Shown here one piece after another: positions 50,078 to 58,905 of a DNA stretch of 64,000 nucleotides (positions are counted from its first letter, which is position 1; every line of letters begins with the position of its first letter). Under the pieces are notes generated by a model, which worked only from the letters and a program-made list of their open reading frames with translations, had not been told where the DNA came from and did no database searches. A program made the translations under genes and the position numbers. The stretch spans positions 2,059,934 through 2,123,933 of the forward strand of contig OZ242024.1 of assembly GCA_965204975.1 (NCBI GenBank), in the 5' to 3' direction. This DNA is from Dehalococcoidia bacterium (GTDB lineage Bacteria; Chloroflexota; Dehalococcoidia; Lucifugimonadales; CAJWER01).

Positions 50078-50671
50078 CTAGGCGGACGGCTCTTCGACTG
50101 CCTCTTCCGATACCTCGACCGGGCCCTCTTCCGAGCCGTCGGCGTCCGTTTCCTCCGCGGCCTCGGCTTCGGCCTCTTCCGCTGCCGCAGCCTCCAGGCT
50201 GGCGACGAACTCGTCCGGGTCCACGCCGAGCGGGTGCACCAGGAGCGTCACGTCCGAGGTCACCTCGGAGTGCAGCCTGATCTGGATGGCGTAGGTGCCG
50301 GTCTCGCGAATCGATTCGGGTATCTGGACTATCCGACGGTCTATCTCGTGGTCCGTCATCTCCGCCAGCCTCTCGGCAACGATCGCATTGGTGACCGAGC
50401 CGTAGAGCCTGCCGCTCACGCCGGCACGCATCTCGATGTCGATCCGCCTGCCGGAGATCTGCTCCGCGACCTCCCGCATGTCTGCGAGCGACTTCAGGCG
50501 TGCGACCTCGGCGTGCTTCTTCAGCCGCTCGATGCGCTGCAGCGAGTCCTTCGTCGCCGGCGTGGCTAGCTGCTGTGGGATCAGGTAGTTGCGCGCAAAT
50601 CCGTTCTTGACGTCCTTGACGTCACCACCCTGCGCGACACCGGGAACGTCCTCAAGGAAAACGACCTTCAT
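50078..50671 (-). CDS. rplI: 50S ribosomal protein L9 with a ~45-aa acidic C-terminal tail
   Basis: MKVVFLEDVPGVAQGGDVKDVKNGFARNYLIPQ. The tail is AAAAEEAEAEAAEETDADGSEEGPVEVSEEAVEEPSA. Confidence 0.95.
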   Translation of the reverse strand: MKVVFLEDVPGVAQGGDVKDVKNGFARNYLIPQQLATPATKDSLQRIERLKKHAEVARLKSLADMREVAEQISGRRIDIEMRAGVSGRLYGSVTNAIVAERLAEMTDHEIDRRIVQIPESIRETGTYAIQIRLHSEVTSDVTLLVHPLGVDPDEFVASLEAAAAEEAEAEAAEETDADGSEEGPVEVSEEAVEEPSA

Positions 50672-50754
50672 TGATCAGGGCCTCTGCAAACTTGGACTAT
50701 CGTCAGGTGGCTGCGGGACCGCAACAGGCCTCTCGCAACCCTGCGAGACCACCG

Positions 50755-50782
50755 ATTATAGCACCCCAACCCGCAGCCGCAA
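50755..50782 (-). promoter_or_regulatory. Putative promoter of the rplI-dnaB operon
   Basis: The minus strand reads TTGCGG-16 nt-TATAAT. The GGGGTGCTATAAT context resembles the 23S promoter. A leader hairpin TCTCGCA-n4-TGCGAGA lies at 50731-50748. Confidence 0.5.
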
Positions 50783-50807
50783 ACCGGCCGCCCCCTATGC
50801 GCAGGCG

Positions 50808-52235
50808 CTAATCCTTGCGGAATTGAATGGAGTACAGGTCGGCGTCCCTGACGGCGAATCGCAGCCGAACCGGCTGGCCGGCCAGCTTCGACACGTCGGT
50901 CGTGTCGCCCCACTTCACCGTGCGCGCCAGGTCGTCGCCCCACACCTCGTGACAGTCGGCCAGGGCGTAGCCCGGGATGACGTGCCCGCGGGCGTCCTGG
51001 ACCTCCACCCGCACGTCCCCGGCAGCGGACGACGAGAAGTTCAGCACCAGCGCGCTGCCGTCGAAGACCAGCGGCTTGGTTAGGAGCTCCCCGCCCGACA
51101 GGGGCGCGTTCACGGACACGAAGCCGTCTATGCGGATCGTGTAGCGCCGCAGCCGCTCGGTGCCCTGCTCCAGGTGAGAAGCCTCGCTGGCGTACACCGA
51201 GATCTCGTTGGCCGCAGCCTCGATGGTCGACGGCGTCTCGATCAGGCCCCAGTTCTGGTAGTTATCGCCGTAGAACCAGTTCTCCTTGAGCCGCAGCCCG
51301 GGCCTGATGAACGACTCCGGCCAGACGTTGAAGTTCTGCCCGTCTCGGCTCGACATGAACATGCCGTCCGTCACCGCCGTTCCCTCACGGGGCGACCGGC
51401 TCCCCCGGACCTTCCTGTATTCGAGCTGGGGCAGGTGGTCGGTCGACTCGGTCCAGCCCCTATCCGTGTAGCGCGTCGGGAAGCCCAGGAAGATGTGCGG
51501 GGCCCTGTAGTACGGGATTACGCCGTTGGTGTACAGCTCGCTCACCCTGCCGGGCGAGTACGTGACCCACTCGGGCTCCGGCCAGCTCATGAAGTCGCCA
51601 GACACGGCGGTCTTGATGTCGCGCCCGTCGACGAAGTCCCTGTGGTAATCCCTGTACTCGCCCCGCACCTCGTCCCAGAAGATGATGTTCTGCGAGTCGA
51701 AGTACCCGTCTGTGATGATGCCCTCGTCCGCCATCTTGGTCCAGCGGATGCCGTCGGGCGACTTGTAGGCGATCAGCCCCGTCTTCTTGCTTCCCCCGAC
51801 GCCCTTGTAGGCCTCATCCGGCTTGCAGTCCGGGTTGGCGTCCTTGAACGGGTTGAAGTTGTGGGTGGCGGGCTCCTCGTCGAGGATGATGTTGTTGTCC
51901 GTCGACCCCTCGAACTCGACCAGCCCCAGGGAGGGCTTGTGCCACTCGACCCCGTCCCGGCTCTCCGCATAGCAGTAGAACTGCGTGTGGAACTCCGACT
52001 CACCCTCGCCATACCGGTAGCCGCTGCCCCGGTAGTACATCCGGTAGATGTCGCCGTCCTGGAACACGGTCACATAGCCGCACGTGTTCCCCTCCCACGG
52101 CGCGTCGTACCGCACGGCTACGTCCTGCGGCTCCGGCCGGTGCAGCCGCAGCTCCGCCCCATTCAGCCGCTCGACAAGATAATCGTCAACGAACAGCTCC
52201 AGCCTGGAGCCAATATCGACGGCCTGACTACTCAT
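50808..52235 (-). CDS. Hypothetical beta-propeller glycoside-hydrolase-like protein with C-terminal beta-sandwich
   Basis: 475-aa ORF with a clean codon pattern. The N-terminus LELFVDDYLVERL and the C-terminus LYSIQF resemble GH32/43-clan architecture. I could not identify catalytic motifs. Confidence 0.6.
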   Translation of the reverse strand: MSSQAVDIGSRLELFVDDYLVERLNGAELRLHRPEPQDVAVRYDAPWEGNTCGYVTVFQDGDIYRMYYRGSGYRYGEGESEFHTQFYCYAESRDGVEWHKPSLGLVEFEGSTDNNIILDEEPATHNFNPFKDANPDCKPDEAYKGVGGSKKTGLIAYKSPDGIRWTKMADEGIITDGYFDSQNIIFWDEVRGEYRDYHRDFVDGRDIKTAVSGDFMSWPEPEWVTYSPGRVSELYTNGVIPYYRAPHIFLGFPTRYTDRGWTESTDHLPQLEYRKVRGSRSPREGTAVTDGMFMSSRDGQNFNVWPESFIRPGLRLKENWFYGDNYQNWGLIETPSTIEAAANEISVYASEASHLEQGTERLRRYTIRIDGFVSVNAPLSGGELLTKPLVFDGSALVLNFSSSAAGDVRVEVQDARGHVIPGYALADCHEVWGDDLARTVKWGDTTDVSKLAGQPVRLRFAVRDADLYSIQFRKD

Positions 52236-52276
52236 CTCGGAACCCCCTATCGTGCCTCGTCGGTCTCTGGGATGTT

Positions 52277-52543
52277 CTAGCGGTAGGTGTCCTTCTCGCG
52301 TCTGCGGACAGCGGTAATGACTACAACCCGCCTGGCATCGTCAATGACATAGATGACTCTCCAGGGGCCCACACGTATGCGGTGAGCCTTGTCCCGTAGC
52401 TTGACAACACCCCTGGGCCGGGGTTCCCGGGACAGCAGGCCGATTTGCCTGTCTAGTCTCAGATAAGCAGTGGATGATAAACGATCTAGGTCACGCTCGG
52501 CGTGGGAGGTTATCCGGACCTCGTACTCAGGACGAGTCCCCAA
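52277..52543 (-). CDS. RelE/ParE family type II toxin
   Basis: 88 aa. YEVRITSHAERDLDRL, HRIRVGPWRVIYVIDDARRVVVITAVRRREKDTY. Confidence 0.85.
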   Translation of the reverse strand: MGTRPEYEVRITSHAERDLDRLSSTAYLRLDRQIGLLSREPRPRGVVKLRDKAHRIRVGPWRVIYVIDDARRVVVITAVRRREKDTYR

Positions 52544-52715
52544 GACGCCTTTTCCGGTACTGGCTGTAAGGGGAGGTGCCTTCTATGCCCTTGGCCCCGT
52601 ACTCTTCGAGAGCCTTCTCCGCCAGGGCCAGGTCTTCCCGGTCAGCCTCGGCGTCAGCACACTCGCGCACCTCTTCCGGTCGGCTAACCCGGCCATCTAG
52701 TGTCTTCGTTTTCAA
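52527..52715 (-). CDS. Putative antitoxin of the RelE/ParE pair
   Basis: 62-aa acidic ORF with a TTG start. It overlaps the toxin start by 17 nt. I do not recognise the family. Confidence 0.55.
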   Translation of the reverse strand: MKTKTLDGRVSRPEEVRECADAEADREDLALAEKALEEYGAKGIEGTSPYSQYRKRRLGDSS

Positions 52716-52834
52716 TGTACTTCACACTTCCTTCGTGTCCAGACTAGCCTACGATAGGACTCCACATACCAAGTGTCAACTCACTCTGCCCAATGTGAAC
52801 GCGGGTGTAGCCATGCTCCGACTGGTGGCTGTGG

Positions 52835-53629
52835 CTACTCCCCGATCTCCCGGTTGCAGTGCGGGCATATGCTGGCCGCATCCTTGTTCCCCCTGATCTC
52901 CTCCACGAACCCCGACCCCAGGATGCCCGCTGGCAGCGCGAACAGGCCTATGCCCACTATGGCGATCACCCCGGCAAGCAGGCGGCCCATCACCGTGACC
53001 GGGACCACGTCGCCGTACCCCACGGTGGTCAGCGTGATGACGCTCCACCAAATGGCCTGTGGGATGTTGGCGAACTTGTCGGGCTGCGCGCCGTTCTCGG
53101 CGAAGTACATCAGCGACGACGCGATGAACAGCAGGATCGACAGGACCAGCAGCACCGTGAGCAGCTCCGACCGCTTGGCGTAAACCACCCGCGACAGCGT
53201 GCGCAGCCCGGAGAAGTACCTGCCCAGCCGCGCGAGCCGGGTCAGAAGACGCACCGCCCGCAGCAGGCGCAGGTCCACCTTGTGCAGGCTGGGGAACAGC
53301 GCCACATAGAAGGGCAATATGGCCAGCAGGTCGATGAGCACTATCGGCGAGACCATGAATCTCAGCCGGCCCAGGACCGGATGAGAGTACGTTGGATTCT
53401 CCGTGCAAGCCCAGACCCTCAGCACGTACTCCACCGTAAAGATCGCAACCGACACCACCTCGATGGCCAGGAAGGCCTGCGGGGAAAACTCGTGGATCTC
53501 CTCGACAGTCCCCACGATCAGGGCGACTGCATTCAGCGTGATCAGCGAGATGAGGAAGATGTCGAAGGCCCGGCTGGCCTGGTCCCCGGGCCTCGCCTCC
53601 TCCAGTATCTCGTGCAGTCTCTTCTTCAT
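52835..53629 (-). CDS. Voltage-gated (6TM, Kv-type) potassium channel
   Basis: S4 helix LRLLRAVRLLTRLARLGR. Selectivity filter TLTTVGYGD. The C-terminus carries CPHC. Confidence 0.9.
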   Translation of the reverse strand: MKKRLHEILEEARPGDQASRAFDIFLISLITLNAVALIVGTVEEIHEFSPQAFLAIEVVSVAIFTVEYVLRVWACTENPTYSHPVLGRLRFMVSPIVLIDLLAILPFYVALFPSLHKVDLRLLRAVRLLTRLARLGRYFSGLRTLSRVVYAKRSELLTVLLVLSILLFIASSLMYFAENGAQPDKFANIPQAIWWSVITLTTVGYGDVVPVTVMGRLLAGVIAIVGIGLFALPAGILGSGFVEEIRGNKDAASICPHCNREIGE

Positions 53630-53652
53630 TGGCTGGTGGAGCCGGGGTGTAC

Positions 53653-54780
53653 CTACCGGTCCGGGTCGAAGCGCACCTCGTCCTTGAGCCCGAACCCGGT
53701 GACGGGCGCCAGGACAGACTCGCCGGGCGCAATCACGCCGTCCTCGATGAGCCGCCGCACCCCCGCAAAGGCTGCCGACGACGTCGGCTCGGCGAATATG
53801 CCCTCGTCCCGGGCCAGCGCCCGCTGCATCGCCGAAATCTCATCCTCGTCGACCACCACCGCGGCTCCGTCGGCCCTGCTGATCACGTCGACGACCTGCT
53901 CGCCGCGCGCCGGGGCTGCTACCGATATGCCCCCCGCCATCGTCGGCTGCATCCCCGCCTTGTCCCATGCGCGCCCCATGAATCTGGCGGCGATGGGCAT
54001 GACGTTCGCGGCCTGCACTGCGTGGAGCCTCGGTATCCGGTCGACGTGCCCGCCGTCGAGCAGCTCATTGAAGCCGCGCCATGCCCCCAGGAACAGCCCG
54101 CCGTTGCCGACCGGAAATACGATGTGCGCCGGGAGCTCGCCGCCGTACTGGCCGGCCGTCTCGAACGCGAACGTCTTCGTGCCCTCGAAGAAGAACGGGC
54201 TCCAGGCGTGCGACGCGTACACAAGGTCTCTCGCTTCGCAGAACGACATCGCCGCCTCGGTGGCCGCCTCGCGCGGGCCCTCGATCGAGTGCACCTCCGC
54301 GCCGTAGACCCTGATCTGCTTCAGCTTTGCCGCCGGCGCGGTCGCCGGGGCGAATATGTGTGCCCTGATCCCGGCCCTGGCCGAGTACGCCGACACCGAC
54401 GCGCCCGCGTTCCCAGACGAGTCCTCCACGACCTCTTCGACCCCCTGCTCGCGGGCCACCGCCAGCATCACGACCGTACCCCGGTCCTTGTACGAACCTG
54501 TGGGGTTCATGTACTCCAGCTTCGCGTCCAGCCGCTCCAGCCCAAGCGCGCCGCCCAGATTCGCCAGTCCCATGACGGGAGTGTCGCCCTCGCCGAGCGT
54601 CGGCATCGAGGCCGTGTCGCTGAAGGGCATGGCAACGTCGTACCCGGCCACGTCGAGCGTCGCTCCCGTTCCCGTGTACTCCGCGTCCAGGGGGCTGGGG
54701 CAGAGGCGGCACTCCAAGGTCTTCATGTCCGGGGTGTGGTAGGCCTCGCATGCCCCGCAGACCAGCCTAACGTGGCGCAT
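53653..54780 (-). CDS. Threonine synthase-like PLP enzyme with N-terminal zinc ribbon
   Basis: CGAC...CRLC N-terminus. PLP-Lys motif NPTGSYKDRG. SSGNAGAS. Confidence 0.82.
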   Translation of the reverse strand: MRHVRLVCGACEAYHTPDMKTLECRLCPSPLDAEYTGTGATLDVAGYDVAMPFSDTASMPTLGEGDTPVMGLANLGGALGLERLDAKLEYMNPTGSYKDRGTVVMLAVAREQGVEEVVEDSSGNAGASVSAYSARAGIRAHIFAPATAPAAKLKQIRVYGAEVHSIEGPREAATEAAMSFCEARDLVYASHAWSPFFFEGTKTFAFETAGQYGGELPAHIVFPVGNGGLFLGAWRGFNELLDGGHVDRIPRLHAVQAANVMPIAARFMGRAWDKAGMQPTMAGGISVAAPARGEQVVDVISRADGAAVVVDEDEISAMQRALARDEGIFAEPTSSAAFAGVRRLIEDGVIAPGESVLAPVTGFGLKDEVRFDPDR

Positions 54781-55912
54781 CGATGCTGTGCTCGCTGATG
54801 TAGTCGAAGTCGATGTCGTGGCCCAGGCCCGGCCGGTCGGGCAGGTGCACGTACCCCTCCTCGTCCATCGGGTCGACCCGGCAGTGCAGCCACGGCTCCG
54901 GCTCCTCGTAGTCGACGAACGGGTGGAGCAGCCCGCGCTCGTACAGCTCCCCCGGTATCGCCATCGCGCCCAGGGCCTGCAGGTTGCCCGCGCCCCCGCC
55001 GTGGACCTCCATCGCCATGCCGAATGCCTCGGCCAGGTGCGCGATCTTCATCAGCGGCGTGATGCACCCGACGTCGCCAACCCCGCCCCGGACGATGTCG
55101 CACGCGCCCCGGACGATCCACTCGGCCCTCGTATACAGCGAGCCCTCCGCCGTCTCCGGCCCCAGTATCTTGATGTCGAGCTGGTCGGCAAGCCACACGT
55201 AGGACGAGATGCTGTGCTCGTCCATCGGCTCCTCCAGCCAGTGGAAGTCCAGCTTCTCGAGCTCCCGCCCGAGATACAGCGCCTCGTCCCGGCTGTAGAA
55301 GTGGAACGGGTCGAGCATGAGCTTGATGTCTGGGCCGACCGCCTCGCGCACCGCGGCGCACGCCTTCACGTCCATCTTCGGGTCCGGCGCCCACGAGATC
55401 GGCGGCATCCACGTATGCAGCTTGATGGCCTTGTAGCCCCGCCCGACGCACGCCTCGGCAAACCGGCCGTACTCGTCGGGGGTGCTCAGCCCGCCCGCAT
55501 CCTCGTCGCCGCACATCGTGCTGGCGTAGGCGGGCACCTTGTCCCTGAAACCGCCGAGTAGCTTGTATACCGGCTGGCCGAGGTGGTTCCCCGCCAGGTC
55601 CCACAGCGCCAGGTCTGCCGTCGCGATGTGGCGGTCGAGCAGGTCGCGGTTGATCCGCTGCGACTCCTTGAGCTTGGTCCAGATCCGCTCCCGGTCGAAC
55701 GGGTCCTCGCCGATCAGCATAGGGCGGATTACCCGCTCGACCAGCCCTGCGTTCGCCCCGAAGAAGTGCCCCTCGGAGCCCGCGTCCGAGACCACCGTAA
55801 GCATGGTCTCCACTGCCTCGTGCTCGGGACCCGGATGGGTGTGCCCATCGGAGTCGCGCGCTATCCGCGAAACGTAGGTGAACGACTGGACCCTGACGTC
55901 GACGATACGCAA
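54767..55912 (-). CDS. Enolase-superfamily enzyme (mandelate racemase / muconate lactonising family)
   Basis: TTG start with GGGAGG 6 nt upstream. FHWLEEP and KLH barrel motifs. Its 3' end overlaps the ThrC-like start by 14 nt. Confidence 0.85.
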   Translation of the reverse strand: MRIVDVRVQSFTYVSRIARDSDGHTHPGPEHEAVETMLTVVSDAGSEGHFFGANAGLVERVIRPMLIGEDPFDRERIWTKLKESQRINRDLLDRHIATADLALWDLAGNHLGQPVYKLLGGFRDKVPAYASTMCGDEDAGGLSTPDEYGRFAEACVGRGYKAIKLHTWMPPISWAPDPKMDVKACAAVREAVGPDIKLMLDPFHFYSRDEALYLGRELEKLDFHWLEEPMDEHSISSYVWLADQLDIKILGPETAEGSLYTRAEWIVRGACDIVRGGVGDVGCITPLMKIAHLAEAFGMAMEVHGGGAGNLQALGAMAIPGELYERGLLHPFVDYEEPEPWLHCRVDPMDEEGYVHLPDRPGLGHDIDFDYISEHSIDAPR

Positions 55913-56042
55913 CCGCAGCCTCCCATCCTAGCTGGGCCGCGATTATATCACCGGGCCGAGGGTTGAGGATGGTGGCCGGTATGTGTTCGGAGTCGGGGGA
56001 GGCGGCTCGGCCTCTTCCCCCCGAGGAGACCTTTGCACAACC

Positions 56043-56074
56043 GTCATTCCGGCCTTGAGCCGGAATCCAGGGGG
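56043..56074. repeat. Family D palindromic repeat
   Basis: gtcattccggccttgagccggaatccaggggg. Confidence 0.75.
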
Positions 56075-56087
56075 TGGGGCCCGATGC

Positions 56088-56636
56088 TCAGGGCAGGTTG
56101 ACGTCTATCTTGTGCCTTGCGGTCGCGTCCCGTCCCCGGGCTACGTCCACCTCGACCTCGATCCACCATCGGTCCAGCGAGAGCGAGCTATTCGCATCGT
56201 GCTGGAGCTCCCTCGCCTCGAGCGCCGGCCTTGGGAGACCTGGGCCGATTTCGAGTGCCACGTTATGCCTGCTGGGGATGCCCTCCCGCAACGATGTCGA
56301 ATCCAGGAAGTGCTCCCTGTAGCAGACCTCCGTATACGCCTTCTCGTCCGTGGCCTGCTGCATGGGGATGAAGTCCGTCGTCGTGAACGCGTTGCCTCCC
56401 TGCAGGGCCCTGGCGCCGCCGCCCACGCCCATCGTCCTTCCCATCCTGGACTCCGTCCGACGCCCCTCTACCACGAGGTTGAGCGACGCTGTTCGGATCA
56501 CGAGGTCGCTGCTCGGCACAAGCGTGACCGTTGCGCGGACCGTGTCCCCTAGACTGTATTGCTTGCGCTCGAACGCCAGCGTGACTTCGAGTGGGTCGAG
56601 TTTGAACACCATCTGCAAGGCCTCCTCGATAAGCAC
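56088..56636 (-). CDS. Hypothetical protein, arrestin/Spo0M-like beta-sandwich suspected
   Basis: The pattern LEVTLAFERKQYSLGDTVRATVTLVPSSDLVIRTASLNLVVEG resembles arrestin-N/Spo0M strands. The fold assignment is weak. Confidence 0.6.
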   Translation of the reverse strand: MLIEEALQMVFKLDPLEVTLAFERKQYSLGDTVRATVTLVPSSDLVIRTASLNLVVEGRRTESRMGRTMGVGGGARALQGGNAFTTTDFIPMQQATDEKAYTEVCYREHFLDSTSLREGIPSRHNVALEIGPGLPRPALEARELQHDANSSLSLDRWWIEVEVDVARGRDATARHKIDVNLP

Positions 56637-56699
56637 CTTCTCCCATGCTTGGAGGTACTCTATACACAGGCTGCGGGAGAACAGATCGGTTGGGACCCG

Positions 56700-57116
56700 T
56701 CAGTCTTTGCTGGCGGAGGGATCGACCGGCTCGTCGATGAGGCTGCGGAGCTCCTCCTTCGCCTTCCTGATCGTCTCCGTCTTCTCGGCGATCCGCTCGA
56801 ACAGCTGCGCCCGGGCCGCCGCGCCCTCGCTTATCAGGAACGCCGCCGCCTCCGACCTGCTGTTGACGATCCCCGACTCGACGAGCTCGTCCAGCTTGGC
56901 CACGCTCTCCGCGTTCAGCCTGACCATCACCACGTTGTCCCTCGAAGAGAGGGCGCCCTTGAGCGCCTCCTTGACACTCTCGCCGATGGTCTCGGCGCCG
57001 GATTCCCTGTAGGCGCGCTTGGTGGCGCTCTTGGCCTCGTCGATTATTATGTCTATGCCCTCAGCCATCCTGCTCCGCTCGCCTGGATGCTTTCCCTTGT
57101 CGTCACCCACCGGCAC
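56700..57116 (-). CDS. Ribbon-helix-helix (CopG/Arc-like) domain protein with C-terminal coiled coil
   Basis: VVMVRLNAESVAKLDELVESGIVNSRSEAAAFLI matches the RHH pattern. The start could be the internal ATG at 57068. Confidence 0.65.
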   Translation of the reverse strand: MPVGDDKGKHPGERSRMAEGIDIIIDEAKSATKRAYRESGAETIGESVKEALKGALSSRDNVVMVRLNAESVAKLDELVESGIVNSRSEAAAFLISEGAAARAQLFERIAEKTETIRKAKEELRSLIDEPVDPSASKD

Positions 57117-57252
57117 CCCTCCTTGGCCGATATTACACGTAATGGTACAATCATGTTACGCACATGTCAACCCGCAGCATCCCATCGACCTTGATATGAT
57201 GGTACGCTCAGTGAGTTGACTGCCCCAAGGGCAGTGAGGCGAAGGGGTTGCC

Positions 57253-57984
57253 GTGAGCATCGAGGCAGTGAGGATCATCGGCTTCGCCGCCCTATTCGCC
57301 ATAGTGTACGCAATCCTGTATCGACCGGTGCTACGAATGCTCGAAAGCCAAAAGCGAGAAGAGGAGCCGGACATCACCCCGGCCCAGGAGCCCGACCGGG
57401 AGACCGCGGGGGACAGCCCTGCGCGCACCCCCTGGTACCGCGACCGGATAATGATACTCGTGGCCGCGGCGGTCTTCGTCGCGGACCAGGTCACCAAGTA
57501 CATCGTAAAGGCCAACCTGGACCTCTACGAGTCGTGGCCGCGAGAGGGGCTGTTCCGGATCACATACGGCACGAACTCCGGCACGGCCTTCGGCCTCTTC
57601 CCCGACCAGACCCTCATCCTCATCGTCACCTCGTTCCTGGCCATCGGCTTCATCTACTACTTCTACCGCTCGCACGCCCTGCCCACCCCGGTGCTGAGGC
57701 TGGCCATCGGCCTGCAGCTCGGAGGCGCGTTCGGCAACCTGGTCGACCGCATCCGCATCGGTTCGGTCGTCGACTTCATCGACGTCGGCTGGTGGCCCAT
57801 ATTCAACATAGCCGACTCGTCGATCGTGACCGGCATAGGCCTCCTGGCCCTGGTAATCTTCATCACCCCCCGGGAGCCCAAAGCGGCGGAGGACCCGGCC
57901 CCGACCGCACAGGTCGCCGAAGTCCCGCCCGAAGCCGTCCCGCCCCAGCCCGAGTCCCGCGATGACCCTCACATTCAGGGTTGA
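57253..57984 (+). CDS. lspA: Signal peptidase II with N- and C-terminal extensions
   Basis: DQVTKYIV, NSGTAFG, VDFIDVGWWPIFNIADS (catalytic Asp motifs). GTG start preceded by GAAGGGG. A shorter form could start at ATG 57451. Confidence 0.88.
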   Translation: MSIEAVRIIGFAALFAIVYAILYRPVLRMLESQKREEEPDITPAQEPDRETAGDSPARTPWYRDRIMILVAAAVFVADQVTKYIVKANLDLYESWPREGLFRITYGTNSGTAFGLFPDQTLILIVTSFLAIGFIYYFYRSHALPTPVLRLAIGLQLGGAFGNLVDRIRIGSVVDFIDVGWWPIFNIADSSIVTGIGLLALVIFITPREPKAAEDPAPTAQVAEVPPEAVPPQPESRDDPHIQG

Positions 57985-58861
57985 CGAGGCGGGCGAGCGG
58001 CTCGACACCTTCCTGGCACAGCGCTGTCCCGACCTGTCTCGCTCCCGCATACAGGCGCTCACGACCGAGGGCTGCGTCACCGTCGATGGCTCGCCTTCGA
58101 AGCCGGCCGCGCGGCTGCGCGAGGGCCAGACCGTCACCCTCGTGGTCCCCCCGCCGTCGCCCGCCACGCTCGTACCCCAGGCCATCGACCTCGTCGTCGC
58201 GTACGAGGACCCGGACCTGCTGGTGGTCGACAAGCCCGCGGGCCTCGTGACCCATCCCGCTCCCGGCCATCCCGACCACACCCTCGCCAACGCTGTGCTG
58301 GCCCACTGCCCCGACCTCGAGGGCGTGGGCGGCGAGGTCCGGCCCGGCCTTGTGCACCGCCTGGACATGGACACGTCGGGGCTGATCGTCGTAGCCAAGA
58401 ACGACGCTGCCCAGTCCGGCCTCTCCGCCCAGTTCAAGGACCGCACCGTCGCCAAGGCGTACCTGGCCGCCGTGACGGGTTACCCCGACCCCGAGCGGGC
58501 GGTCATCGACGCGCCCATAGGCAGACACCCCAGGAGCCGCACGCGCATGGCCATCGTCACGACCGGGAGGGAAGCCGTCACCGAGTACGACGTGCTCCGG
58601 CGCCTGCGCGGCTACGCCCTCCTGGAAGCCCGCCCCAAGACGGGCAGAACCCACCAGATCCGCGTCCACCTCGCGTCCATCGGCCATCCGGTCGCAGGCG
58701 ACGCCACCTACGGGGTGCCCGCGCCCGGCCTCGACCGCCACTTCCTCCACGCCCACCGCCTCGCCTTCACACACCCCCGCACGGGAGACAGGCTGGAACT
58801 GGAGTCGCCGCTGCCCAACGACCTGCAGGCTTTCCTGCACGCAGTGGACCAGGGACGTTAA
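57962..58861 (+). CDS. rluD: RluA-family 23S rRNA pseudouridine synthase (RluD-like)
   Basis: N-terminal S4 domain. Catalytic motif HRLDMDTSGLIVVAK. KTGRTHQIRVH. Confidence 0.93.
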   Translation: MTLTFRVDEAGERLDTFLAQRCPDLSRSRIQALTTEGCVTVDGSPSKPAARLREGQTVTLVVPPPSPATLVPQAIDLVVAYEDPDLLVVDKPAGLVTHPAPGHPDHTLANAVLAHCPDLEGVGGEVRPGLVHRLDMDTSGLIVVAKNDAAQSGLSAQFKDRTVAKAYLAAVTGYPDPERAVIDAPIGRHPRSRTRMAIVTTGREAVTEYDVLRRLRGYALLEARPKTGRTHQIRVHLASIGHPVAGDATYGVPAPGLDRHFLHAHRLAFTHPRTGDRLELESPLPNDLQAFLHAVDQGR

Positions 58862-58905
58862 GGCTGAGAGTCGGGGGCGTGGAAGCTGCGATAGCTTCCT
58901 GGTCG

